44,323 bases of DNA. Origin: a virus. Of the stretch, positions 22,354-31,252 are shown piece by piece (position 1 is the stretch's first letter; every line of letters begins with the position of its first letter). Under the pieces are notes generated by a model that saw only the letters and a list, made by a program, of their open reading frames with translations, made no database searches and was not told the origin of the DNA. The stretch spans positions 1 through 44,323 of the IMG/VR virus record IMGVR_UViG_3300049927_000028. One strand, given 5' to 3'. The position numbers were made by a program, and so were the translations under genes.

Positions 22354-22553
22354 TAATTATAGAAACTGTTCAAAAGACCCTCCAAGAAGAACGCGGGAGA
22401 TTAGCTATGATAATAATGACTTCTGCGGGCACCGAAATAGCTAAATCCGCTGAATCCGCCTTAGCCGCACTTCAGTGGGTAGAATATGGCGGAGATTCCC
22501 CTTCCCTCAAAATACTAAAATCCATAGCTAAAAACAATGAAGCTGACGCCTGA
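22350..22553 (+). CDS. Hypothetical protein (67 aa)
   Basis: ATGA overlap upstream and a 17-nt overlap with terL. Confidence 0.5.
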   Translation: MIIIETVQKTLQEERGRLAMIIMTSAGTEIAKSAESALAALQWVEYGGDSPSLKILKSIAKNNEADA

Positions 22554-23988
22554 ATTAGTCGAAGCCTTCGCGGGGATGTTCCTTTCTTCCCGCTACGATA
22601 ATCCAGACCCCGTTCCGGATTTCCATAGGGAATGTTGGGAGTTATATACTTCCGATGTTACCCAAGCCATGGTGATAGCGCCCCGAAACCACGCTAAATC
22701 AACCGCCCTTTCATTTGCCTATATTCTAGCGGAAGTAATGTTCCGCTCTTCCGATTATGTTATTTTTATTAGTTCGACTGAGGGTAATGCGGCGGAGTTC
22801 GTATCCAATATATATGAGGAGCTTCATAATAACGATGCTCTTATTGCTGAGTTTGGTCCGTTCGAGTTTGAAACTGATAGTAAAATAGATTGCATAATAA
22901 AATTCTCCGATGGGCATAGGTTTAGAATTATAGCTCGCGGAGCTGAACAAAAGATCAGGGGAAAGATGTGGAATGGGAAGCGGCCGAATCTGATCGTTAT
23001 GGATGATGCGGAGGAAGACGAAGCCGTAGCAAATAAAGACCGGAGGGAGAAGTTTTCTAACTGGTTCTTCCGCGCCGCCAAGCAAGCATTGAGTAGGCAG
23101 GGGAAAATCCGAGTCCACGGAACAGTACTTCATGAAGACTCCCTCCTCGCCCGGCTTAGAAAAAACATCGCATGGAAACACCTCTTTTATAAAGCCCATG
23201 AAGGGTTTGATGATTTCTCTAATATCCTTTGGCCGGAGCATTGGTCCGAAGACGCCCTCCGTGCGGTACAAAAAGAATTCATCTCCAATCATGATGCGGC
23301 TGGATACTCCCAAGAGTATCTCAATAACCCCATGGATAATTCCGAAGCCTTCATTCGGAAGGTTGATTTCATAGGAATGGAAGAAGAGGATTTCACCTAC
23401 CCGATGATTGTATGCGCGGCGGCGGATTTCGCGGTGTCTACTCGCGATAAAGCGGATAGGACCTGCTTCGTTATAGGGGGAAAGGCGATAAACAATGTGC
23501 TATATTACCTTGACACCCGCGTGGGACGGTGGGATACTATTACGTGGATTGAGGAAATGTTTTTAATCCAACAAAGGTGGAATCCTGAAGTCTTCTGGGT
23601 CGAGGACGGGGTCATTTGGAAATCCATCGCCCCGATGGTCTACAAAGAAATGCAAGTAAGAAACATCTTCATCAACTGCCAACCCCGGATGCCGATAAAA
23701 GACAAAGCCACTCGAGCTCGCTCATATCAGCGTAGGATGCGTGCAGGGGCTTGTCGTTATGATATGGAAGGTGATTGGTATCCCGGATTTGAGGAAGAGA
23801 TACTAAGATTTACAGGGTATAGCGAAGCGAGTAAGGATGATCAAGTAGATGCGGCAGCTCTTCTAAGTTTGGGGTTTGACGACCTCCAAGAGATGAGTTC
23901 CGATGATTTCATATCGGAGGAAGAGGAAGATATGATAAAGACAGACCCGCGTAAAATCAGGGGGCGTAATACGATAACTGGGTATTGA
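22537..23988 (+). CDS. terL: Terminase large subunit
   Basis: PDFHRECWE...VIAPRNHAKST (Walker A-like), LIVMDDAEEDE (Walker B) and a C-terminal RNaseH-like nuclease region (AADFAVST...DRTCFVIGG...DDQVDA). Confidence 0.95.
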   Translation: MKLTPELVEAFAGMFLSSRYDNPDPVPDFHRECWELYTSDVTQAMVIAPRNHAKSTALSFAYILAEVMFRSSDYVIFISSTEGNAAEFVSNIYEELHNNDALIAEFGPFEFETDSKIDCIIKFSDGHRFRIIARGAEQKIRGKMWNGKRPNLIVMDDAEEDEAVANKDRREKFSNWFFRAAKQALSRQGKIRVHGTVLHEDSLLARLRKNIAWKHLFYKAHEGFDDFSNILWPEHWSEDALRAVQKEFISNHDAAGYSQEYLNNPMDNSEAFIRKVDFIGMEEEDFTYPMIVCAAADFAVSTRDKADRTCFVIGGKAINNVLYYLDTRVGRWDTITWIEEMFLIQQRWNPEVFWVEDGVIWKSIAPMVYKEMQVRNIFINCQPRMPIKDKATRARSYQRRMRAGACRYDMEGDWYPGFEEEILRFTGYSEASKDDQVDAAALLSLGFDDLQEMSSDDFISEEEEDMIKTDPRKIRGRNTITGY

Positions 23989-23990
23989 CT

Positions 23991-24470
23991 ATGGTTACAA
24001 AAGAAGAGTTATGTAGGTTATTTGACTATAGAGATGGGTCTCTTTATAGGAAGATCTATACTCACGGTGGGGGCGCGGTCGGCCGTAAGGTAGGGTCTAA
24101 TCAAGGGAATGGGTATCTATCGGTGAGGGTGAATACAAAATTGTATTTGCTGCATCGACTTGTATTCCTGATGCATCATGGATACCTTCCCAATTCTATC
24201 GATCATATAGATGCCGATAAATCTAATAATAAAATAGAAAACCTTCGTGTATGCACACATTCCCAGAATGGATTTAATGCGCAGAAAAGAAAAAATAATA
24301 CGTCAGGGACTAAAGGCGTATCTTGGTCTAAAATAGCTAATAAATGGCATGCTTATATTCATATAAATAGGGTAAAAAAAGGTCTAGGGCATTTTGATTC
24401 TCTGGAGGAGGCGACTAAAGTTGCGCAAGAGGCGCGTATAAAGTATCATGGAGCCTTTGCTAGATGTTAG
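23991..24470 (+). CDS. HNH endonuclease with a C-terminal AP2 DNA-binding domain (homing-type)
   Basis: HRLVFLMHHGYLP..IDHIDADKSNNKIENLRVCTHSQN (HNH), then GVSWSKIANKWHAYIHINRVKKGLGHFDSLEEA (AP2). ATG at 23991 is preferred to the track TTG at 23985. Confidence 0.85.
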   Translation: MVTKEELCRLFDYRDGSLYRKIYTHGGGAVGRKVGSNQGNGYLSVRVNTKLYLLHRLVFLMHHGYLPNSIDHIDADKSNNKIENLRVCTHSQNGFNAQKRKNNTSGTKGVSWSKIANKWHAYIHINRVKKGLGHFDSLEEATKVAQEARIKYHGAFARC

Positions 24471-24495
24471 TAAGAATGCCTAAGAAAAGGAAATT

Positions 24496-26595
24496 ATGTT
24501 AAATCTTGACAACCATATTGTCATTAATAAAGAGACTATTAAATCCCCGAATCTTTGCGGGAAATTCTCCGATGAAGATCTTACTCGAATTGGTTCCTGC
24601 GTCTGGGACGGGTACGATAGGGATAAGCAATCACGGTCCGCGTGGGAACGCCGCACCGAAGCCGCCATGGAATTGGCGCTCCAAATTCAAAAAGATAAAA
24701 CATTCCCTTGGCCAAATTGCTCGAACGTCACATTCCCTCTCATGACGGTAGCGACTTTACAATTCCATGCCCGCGCGTATCCGGCGATAATTAATGGGAC
24801 TAATATAGTAAAATGTAGGATTATTGGCGACGATGACGACGGGTCGAAGTCGGCGAAAGCCCATCGAATCGGCACCCACATGAGTTATCAAGTTCTCGAA
24901 GAAGATAAAGAGTGGGAAGAACAGCATGATAAGCTATTGCTAAATCTCGCTGTTGTGGGAACTACTTTCGTAAAAACATTCTACAATGCTAACGGGTCGC
25001 ATAATGTTAGCGAGATGGTCCTCGCCCGCGACCTCGTATTAAACTACTGGTCGAAATCAGTAGAAGAAACGGACCGGAAAACCCATGTGTACAACCTCTC
25101 TCGAAATGAAATTCACGAAAGAGTCTTGCGAGGCTCCTTCCGAGATATTCTCGATGCGCCTTGGTATTCTAGCGTAGCCCCGAATCCTACTCTATACAAC
25201 GCTAATATCGATAGTAATCACGGGGTCTCGATGCCCCAGACTGACCACACTACCCCTTTAACCTGCTTGGAGCAACACTGCTCCCTAGACCTTGATGGAG
25301 ATGGCTATGCTGAACCGTACATTATCACAATTGACGCTTTATCTAAAAACGTCCTACGCATCGTTACGCGATTTGATCGTGAGGAAGACGTCCAGCGCGT
25401 GGAATCTGGTAGTCGCAAAGGTCAAATCATTTCTATAAGCCCGATGGAGTATTTCACAAAATACGGCTTTATCCCCTCTCCTGACGGAAGTATCTATGAT
25501 ATTGGATTCGGCACTCTCACTGGACCCCTTAATGAGTCCGTCAACTCCCTCGTTAATCAGCTTCTTGACGCGGGAACCATGGCGAATGGCGGCGGGGGAT
25601 TCCTTGGTCGCGGGGCTAAGATACGCGGGGGTGCCTACACCTTCGCTCCATTCGAATGGAAGCGGGTGGATTCAACGGGCGACGACTTGCACAAATCAAT
25701 CGTCCCTTTACAAGTTCGTGAACCTTCCGGGGTTCTTTTGCAGCTACTTTCCCTCTTAATTAACTACACTAACCGAATTTCCGGTTCCACCGATATCATG
25801 GCAGGTGAAAATCCGGGGCAAAATACCCCCGCCGAAACCTCTCGCACCATGGTGGAACAAGGCGCAAAGATCTACAACGCAATCTTCAAGAGAATCTGGC
25901 GCTCGATGAAAGAAGAGTTTAAGAAATTGTATATCCTCAATTCCATCTACCTCCCTTCGAAAACAACATTCGGACACTCAGGTCAAGTTGCAATGCGGGA
26001 AGATTACCTCGGAGATCCTTCCAGTGTTCTCCCCGTCGCGGACCCTGCCATCACGTCAGATGAAATGCGGATGCGTCAGGCAATGGCATTAAAACAAGCA
26101 TCCATGTCAACCCCCGGTTACAACAGGGAGGAGATTGAAAAACGATTCCTCCATGCATTGAATGTTGAAGGGATTTCTCTAGTCTATCCGGGGCCCACTA
26201 AAGTCCCCCCTCTCCCGAACCCGAAAATGCAGGTCGAAGAGATCAAAGCCAAAGTCCATGAGATGCGGATGAAATCCGACATGCTTATGTTCATGACGAA
26301 GTTAGAAGAAGAACGTCGATTGAATACCGCTAAAATCCTAGAACTCCATGCGAAGGCGTCGAAAGAAATTGAAGAAGCAGGTGCAGAAAAAGCGGGATCT
26401 GATCTCGCTCATATGGAAGGTGTATTGAAGGTATTAATAGCCCATGACGAAAGTCTTGGAAGACAAATGAAATTAGCTCAGGATGGGATGAAAAATGGAC
26501 AGAATGATAACGGAGCGGGAGTATCAAGAATGGGCGGAGCATCCGGTAACGAAGGCGCAGAAGGTGGTTCTGGCGGCATGGAGGGAGGAATGTAG
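24496..26595 (+). CDS. Portal protein (P22-like size, long helical C-terminal extension, Gly-rich tail)
   Basis: 699 aa and immediately after terL/HNH. DLDGDGYAEPYIITID core. The C-terminal ~120 aa look helical (MRMKSDMLMFMTKLEEERRLN...). Confidence 0.9.
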   Translation: MLNLDNHIVINKETIKSPNLCGKFSDEDLTRIGSCVWDGYDRDKQSRSAWERRTEAAMELALQIQKDKTFPWPNCSNVTFPLMTVATLQFHARAYPAIINGTNIVKCRIIGDDDDGSKSAKAHRIGTHMSYQVLEEDKEWEEQHDKLLLNLAVVGTTFVKTFYNANGSHNVSEMVLARDLVLNYWSKSVEETDRKTHVYNLSRNEIHERVLRGSFRDILDAPWYSSVAPNPTLYNANIDSNHGVSMPQTDHTTPLTCLEQHCSLDLDGDGYAEPYIITIDALSKNVLRIVTRFDREEDVQRVESGSRKGQIISISPMEYFTKYGFIPSPDGSIYDIGFGTLTGPLNESVNSLVNQLLDAGTMANGGGGFLGRGAKIRGGAYTFAPFEWKRVDSTGDDLHKSIVPLQVREPSGVLLQLLSLLINYTNRISGSTDIMAGENPGQNTPAETSRTMVEQGAKIYNAIFKRIWRSMKEEFKKLYILNSIYLPSKTTFGHSGQVAMREDYLGDPSSVLPVADPAITSDEMRMRQAMALKQASMSTPGYNREEIEKRFLHALNVEGISLVYPGPTKVPPLPNPKMQVEEIKAKVHEMRMKSDMLMFMTKLEEERRLNTAKILELHAKASKEIEEAGAEKAGSDLAHMEGVLKVLIAHDESLGRQMKLAQDGMKNGQNDNGAGVSRMGGASGNEGAEGGSGGMEGGM

Positions 26596-26746
26596 GGATC
26601 AATTAGAAGCAGGTATCCTAACAAACTCACCCACCGAACAACAAACATTGATCCGTCATTGTAAAATAGTTGGGTGGTTGGAAGTTATACAACAACTCCA
26701 AGATCTTGACTACGAGCAAGTAGTTTCTTTCCTTGAGGGTAAATAA
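26495..26746 (+). CDS. Hypothetical protein (up to 83 aa) overlapping the portal 3' end
   Basis: Track ORF. It overlaps the portal by 101 nt, or 32 nt if the GTG at 26564 is used. TAATG coupling to the next gene. Confidence 0.4.
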   Translation: MDRMITEREYQEWAEHPVTKAQKVVLAAWREECRDQLEAGILTNSPTEQQTLIRHCKIVGWLEVIQQLQDLDYEQVVSFLEGK

Positions 26747-27225
26747 TGGTCTACGATGACTTAAATCACTTTAAAGATTGGTGGTTAAGTACTCGGGTTA
26801 TTAATTCCCCAAAAGAAGGGGCGTTACATTACCAGAAGACATCCGTAGGGTTTGTGTTGTTTCGGGAAGGCTGCTATCAAGTAGAACTATTCCTAATGAA
26901 CCCCTCCGCAACAGTCATAGATCATGTGCATCCAAACGTAGATACGTTCGAGGTCTATTTGAGCGGGGATACATTATTCAAACTACAAGGTCAACCGGCT
27001 CATAATGAACGGAAGATCGGGGACTCTATCAGGGTTGCCGAAACAACTTTTCATTCCGCTGATATCGGATCTGCTGGCGGGGCATTTCTCTCCATCCAAA
27101 AATGGTTAAACGGAGTTAAACCCACTTCAGTCACCCTTGACTGGGCGGGTTCCGATGGCAGCGCTTCATCCCAAGAAAGTAAAAGTTTTGTCGCACCTAA
27201 TATAGGAGGTAAGTACTATGGTTAA
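26746..27225 (+). CDS. Cupin-fold protein in the head module
   Basis: VIDHVHPNVDTFEVYLSGD...IRVAETTFHSAD gives HxH...D/E...H cupin metal-site spacing. Confidence 0.6.
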   Translation: MVYDDLNHFKDWWLSTRVINSPKEGALHYQKTSVGFVLFREGCYQVELFLMNPSATVIDHVHPNVDTFEVYLSGDTLFKLQGQPAHNERKIGDSIRVAETTFHSADIGSAGGAFLSIQKWLNGVKPTSVTLDWAGSDGSASSQESKSFVAPNIGGKYYG

Positions 27226-27538
27226 TACATCTGGATTGCACCCTCTCGGCCGAGCTGTTCTGGTGGCTACTTATGAAATTGAAGCGGACTACAAAGGATC
27301 GATTATTATTCCCGATGCGGCTAAAGGGCGTGATGCGATGATTGAGCAACGGGCAATCGTAATTGAAGTCGGCGAATGCGCTTGGGATGATGAAAGAACC
27401 CCCCGCGCCAAACCCGGCGACCATGTATTAGTAACCAAATTTGCGGGTTTTATGGCAATAGGAATTAACGATAAGAAGCCTTATCGGTTAATTAATGATA
27501 GGGACATTTTTGCTAGAATAGACGAGGAAGGTAAATAA
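27218..27538 (+). CDS. GroES/Cpn10-like co-chaperonin
   Basis: LHPLGRAVLV...GSIIIPDAAK...AIVIEVG...KPGDHVLVTKF...YRLINDRDIFARI follows the Cpn10 pattern along its full length. SD GGAGG. Confidence 0.8.
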   Translation: MVNTSGLHPLGRAVLVATYEIEADYKGSIIIPDAAKGRDAMIEQRAIVIEVGECAWDDERTPRAKPGDHVLVTKFAGFMAIGINDKKPYRLINDRDIFARIDEEGK

Positions 27539-27539
27539 T

Positions 27540-28346
27540 ATGGACATCGAACAAGAAGCAAAGCTTCAGGGATGGGTTCCGGCCGAAGAATTCAAAGGAT
27601 CTTCCGACAAATGGGTTGATGCGGAATCCTACGTTGAACGCGGCAAACACATTATGCCGATCCTTCAAAGCAATAATAAAAGGTTACTTTCTGAACTAGA
27701 TAGTGTAAAATCCGTGGTAGAAAGCCTTAAAGTCACGGTTAATACTCAAAATCAGTCGATGGAAGAATTAAAAGCTTTCCACCAAGAATCAACAAAAGCG
27801 CAGGTGGAGAAGGCACGGAGAGAGATCCTCTCAAGCCTTAAAGAAGCTAAATCTGACGGAGACATAGATCAGGAAATACAACTCACCGCAGATTTATCGA
27901 AATTCGATGCGGCTCAGGTTGCGGCTAAAGAAGCTCCCGCGAAAGTAACGCAAGCTCCGGCCCCCCAAGAACTACACCCAGACACTAAAGCTTGGATGGA
28001 TGCTAACCCTTGGTACGGAAAAGATCCGGAACGCACTGGTCTGATGGACGGGGTAGCTAAAAGAATGCGAGCAGAGAATTCTCCTTTAGTGGGGATGTCT
28101 TTCTTGGAGGCTGCGGCTAGTATAGTAGCGGATCGATTCGCAGATAAGCCTACGGAAAGTAAAGTAGATGGCGGTGGGAGAGGGGGTGTTTCTACAGGGA
28201 ATGCTTCCGGATACTCCGGCCTCCCTTCAGATGCAAAGGCAATATGCGATAAAGGGGCCGTGAAATTCGTAGGTGCCGATAAGCCCTACAAGACAAAAAA
28301 AGAATGGCAGGATTTCTACGTCTCTGAATACAATAAAGGAAATTAA
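27540..28346 (+). CDS. Putative scaffolding protein
   Basis: Charged, coiled-coil-like and Ala/Lys/Glu-rich (268 aa). Located between the portal and capsid genes. Confidence 0.55.
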   Translation: MDIEQEAKLQGWVPAEEFKGSSDKWVDAESYVERGKHIMPILQSNNKRLLSELDSVKSVVESLKVTVNTQNQSMEELKAFHQESTKAQVEKARREILSSLKEAKSDGDIDQEIQLTADLSKFDAAQVAAKEAPAKVTQAPAPQELHPDTKAWMDANPWYGKDPERTGLMDGVAKRMRAENSPLVGMSFLEAAASIVADRFADKPTESKVDGGGRGGVSTGNASGYSGLPSDAKAICDKGAVKFVGADKPYKTKKEWQDFYVSEYNKGN

Positions 28347-28348
28347 TC

Positions 28349-28855
28349 ATGGCAATCGAACCAGTAAGCCCAGCGAATGGGAAGTCACGTGTAACCGATT
28401 CAACTCGTATACCAATGGGAGCGGGGCAACAGAAATTATCCGTACCTGAGATTCCGGGTTTTCACCTCCACTGGATGCGTGGAGAACCTGAACGATTGCA
28501 GCAAGCCCTTCAAGGCGGGTATGAATTTGTAGAAGAACACGAAACAAGACAAACAAGCCTCTCCTTAGGGGGGGATGCAAAAAAATCAGGCAACACCGAT
28601 ATGGGGACTCGCGTGAGCGCCCTTGCCGGAGCAGAGACAGGAAATGACGGCCAGCCTCTTCGTTTGTATCTCATGAAGATAAAACAAGAATGGCACGAGG
28701 AGGATCTAAAAACACAGGAAGCGCGAAGCAATCATGTGAGAGAAGCTCTTATCGGCGGTCAGGATATGAAACCAAATCCGGGTGACACGTCTAATCGTTA
28801 CGTAGGAAAGAGCAACACAAACATGTTCCAACCTAAACCAATTCGGAGAACATAA
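28349..28855 (+). CDS. Hypothetical head-module protein (168 aa)
   Basis: Track ORF with SD AAAGGAaattaatc-ATG. Motif IPGFHLHWMRGEPERLQQALQGGYEFV. TAATG coupling downstream. Confidence 0.6.
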   Translation: MAIEPVSPANGKSRVTDSTRIPMGAGQQKLSVPEIPGFHLHWMRGEPERLQQALQGGYEFVEEHETRQTSLSLGGDAKKSGNTDMGTRVSALAGAETGNDGQPLRLYLMKIKQEWHEEDLKTQEARSNHVREALIGGQDMKPNPGDTSNRYVGKSNTNMFQPKPIRRT

Positions 28856-29469
28856 TGGCTAACGTAAATCGTCCGCAAGGGTTATCACCATATAAATATA
28901 TGGGTGGTAGTCCTTACAATGGTATGGGGAATGTTTATTACATCCCTTCTACCGATAACAGCGCCTACGCAATAGGCGACCCTGTTAAAACTTTAACTAA
29001 TGCCGCTGATGCAAACGGCACTAGCGCAGTTACAATCGCAGTTGCCGGTGACAGCCAACCAGTTCGGGGCGTTATCGTCTCAATGGGCGGTACTGTTGAA
29101 GGTGCTATGTACGGTGACCCTGCTAACCTAAACGTTACAGTTATCCCCGCTACAAAAACTCAAGCCTACTACGTCATGGTCGTTGATGATCCTGATGTCT
29201 TATTTGTATGCCAAGAGTTCTCGGGTTCGGGTTCTACCAACTTCACAGCAGCCGATATTGGTAAAAACTGTAACCTAAAAGCCGGTACTAACAATGGTTA
29301 CGTATCTTCATGGGTTCTTGATGATACCGCTGTATCTGCTACCACCTCGACACGACAAGTTAAACTAATGGGTATTATGCGCACTCAAGATAATGCGTTT
29401 GGTGCTTATTGCAAATTTATCGTCCGTATCAACAACCACGAACTTAATGCCGGTACTGCGGGCGTATAA
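28855..29469 (+). CDS. Putative head decoration / cement protein (204 aa)
   Basis: All-beta composition and immediately upstream of the major capsid gene. The function rests on position only. Confidence 0.4.
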   Translation: MANVNRPQGLSPYKYMGGSPYNGMGNVYYIPSTDNSAYAIGDPVKTLTNAADANGTSAVTIAVAGDSQPVRGVIVSMGGTVEGAMYGDPANLNVTVIPATKTQAYYVMVVDDPDVLFVCQEFSGSGSTNFTAADIGKNCNLKAGTNNGYVSSWVLDDTAVSATTSTRQVKLMGIMRTQDNAFGAYCKFIVRINNHELNAGTAGV

Positions 29470-29481
29470 TAGGAGAATATC

Positions 29482-30402
29482 ATGGCTGGTGGAATAATTA
29501 ACACAGGGTCGCACCCGAAACTTTTATGGCCCGGAATTCATGCAACATGGGGTCAAATGTGGGCGGAGCACCTCCCTGAATACACGGATTTATACGACAT
29601 TCTTGAATCCGATAAAGCTTACGAAGAAGACGTTCAATTGACAGGTTTTGGCTTAGCTCCGGTGAAAGCTCAAGGCGCGTCGGTTACGTATGATTCTGAA
29701 GTCCAAGGCGCGGTGACTCGTTATCAACATATCGCCTATGCTTTAGGTTATATTGTTACTCACGAAGAACTACGCGATAACCTTTACGAAGTTGTATCCC
29801 AGCGTCGCGCAAAGGCTAATGCGTTCTCGATGTCCCAGACTTTGGAAAACATCGGTGCGTTCTTGTACAACAATGCTTTCTCAACAAGCTTCTTCACCAC
29901 AGGTGATGGCGCAGCGTTGATTTCCACTGCTCACGTGAATGTCACTGGAGGCAATTTCTCCAATGCACTTTCCCCCGCAGCGGATTTAGCGGAAAGTTCT
30001 CTGGAAGATTTGACTATCCAAATCATGGGCGCGCAAACCGACCGTGGCTTATTAATCAATATCATGCCAGAAAGTCTCCACATCGCCCGCCAAGAATGGT
30101 TCAATGCAAACCGGATTCTCAAATCCGTATTACAAGCGAATACTGCTAACAACAACATCAACGTGTTGAAGGCAACTTCCGCTTTCCCTAAAGGGATCAA
30201 GTTGAACCATTACTTCACTTCTGCTCATGCTTTCTTCATCCGCACCAACTGTCCTAATGGTATGCAGTTGTTCTGGAGAGATAAGCCTGAGTTTAGTCAG
30301 GATAACGACTTTGATACGAAGAATGCGAAGGCAGCTTCTTACATGAGATTGAGCGTAGGTTGCACCGACCCTCGTGCAATATATGGTTCAAATGGACCTT
30401 GA
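29482..30402 (+). CDS. Major capsid protein (HK97-fold, about 300-aa class)
   Basis: 306 aa with strong SD TAGGAGaatatc-ATG. Followed by hairpins. The position, size and composition are typical for a Mu gpT-like MCP. Confidence 0.8.
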   Translation: MAGGIINTGSHPKLLWPGIHATWGQMWAEHLPEYTDLYDILESDKAYEEDVQLTGFGLAPVKAQGASVTYDSEVQGAVTRYQHIAYALGYIVTHEELRDNLYEVVSQRRAKANAFSMSQTLENIGAFLYNNAFSTSFFTTGDGAALISTAHVNVTGGNFSNALSPAADLAESSLEDLTIQIMGAQTDRGLLINIMPESLHIARQEWFNANRILKSVLQANTANNNINVLKATSAFPKGIKLNHYFTSAHAFFIRTNCPNGMQLFWRDKPEFSQDNDFDTKNAKAASYMRLSVGCTDPRAIYGSNGP

Positions 30403-30458
30403 CGTTTTGGCAACACTTTGATACGTACTAAAGGTTATTTACGTATTGATGGTTGTGT

Positions 30459-30508
30459 AATCCCCCTTTATGTGTTAGCCTACACTCTCACTTTAAGGGG
30501 GATTTTTT
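30459..30508 (+). terminator. Hairpin plus T-tract after the capsid gene; its 3' arm contains the SD of the next gene
   Basis: aatccccctt (30459-30468) pairs with aagggggatt (30495-30504), then tttttt up to the ATG at 30509. Inner stem gtgt/acac. A second hairpin atacgta/tacgtat lies at 30421-30446. Confidence 0.5.
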
Positions 30509-31213
30509 ATGTCTACATGTTCCGTAAAAGGTTGTGGTAAGGAAATGCAAGCTAAGGGCTTGTGCGGTATGCATAGGATGAGGTTATTAAGGCATGGTGA
30601 CCTTAACACGTCTAGACCGTCTGACTGGGGGAAGAAAGAGAAACATCCTTTATACGGAGCTTGGCGTGAATTTTTTCGTAAGCATAATAAATCATGTTGC
30701 ATTGAATGGAAAGATTTTTGGGTTTTTGTGTCTGATGTAGGGGTCCGTCCTTCCACAGCTCATGTATTAGGTCGATTGGACGATTCCGCCCCTGCGTCTA
30801 AAAGTAACTTCGTATGGAGAGAGAAAATTGTATGTAAAGAAGCTTCCGAAACAAGCAAGGAGTACAGCGCACGGTACCAAAGGGAGTATAGGAAACTGCA
30901 CCCAGAAAGGGTTAAAGCTACGGAAAACAAACGAAGATATGGTCTAGCGTCAGTTGAGTACAATCGGATGGCAGACCTTCAAGCTGGATTGTGTCTTATA
31001 TGCAAACGACCCGAACGTTCTTTAGATAAAACATCAGGGCAGCCTAGGTCCCTGTACGTGGATCATTGCCATACTACGGGAAAGATTAGAGGTCTTTTAT
31101 GTACTAATTGTAATCAAGGTATCGGATCTTTCTTCGACTCTCCCGAAATATTACTAGCAGCAATACGATATTTAGAGGATAATAGTAAAAGCACTAATAA
31201 GGCTACGGTCTAG
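30509..31213 (+). CDS. Endonuclease VII-type HNH endonuclease with an N-terminal Cys-rich domain
   Basis: GLCLICKRP...LYVDHCHTTGKIRGLLCTNCNQGIGSF (Endonuclease_7 signature). N-terminus CSVKGCGKEMQAKGLCGMHRMR. Confidence 0.85.
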   Translation: MSTCSVKGCGKEMQAKGLCGMHRMRLLRHGDLNTSRPSDWGKKEKHPLYGAWREFFRKHNKSCCIEWKDFWVFVSDVGVRPSTAHVLGRLDDSAPASKSNFVWREKIVCKEASETSKEYSARYQREYRKLHPERVKATENKRRYGLASVEYNRMADLQAGLCLICKRPERSLDKTSGQPRSLYVDHCHTTGKIRGLLCTNCNQGIGSFFDSPEILLAAIRYLEDNSKSTNKATV

Positions 31214-31252
31214 TATTTCAACTACCCTACGGGGTTATTCAAGGAGCTTCAA

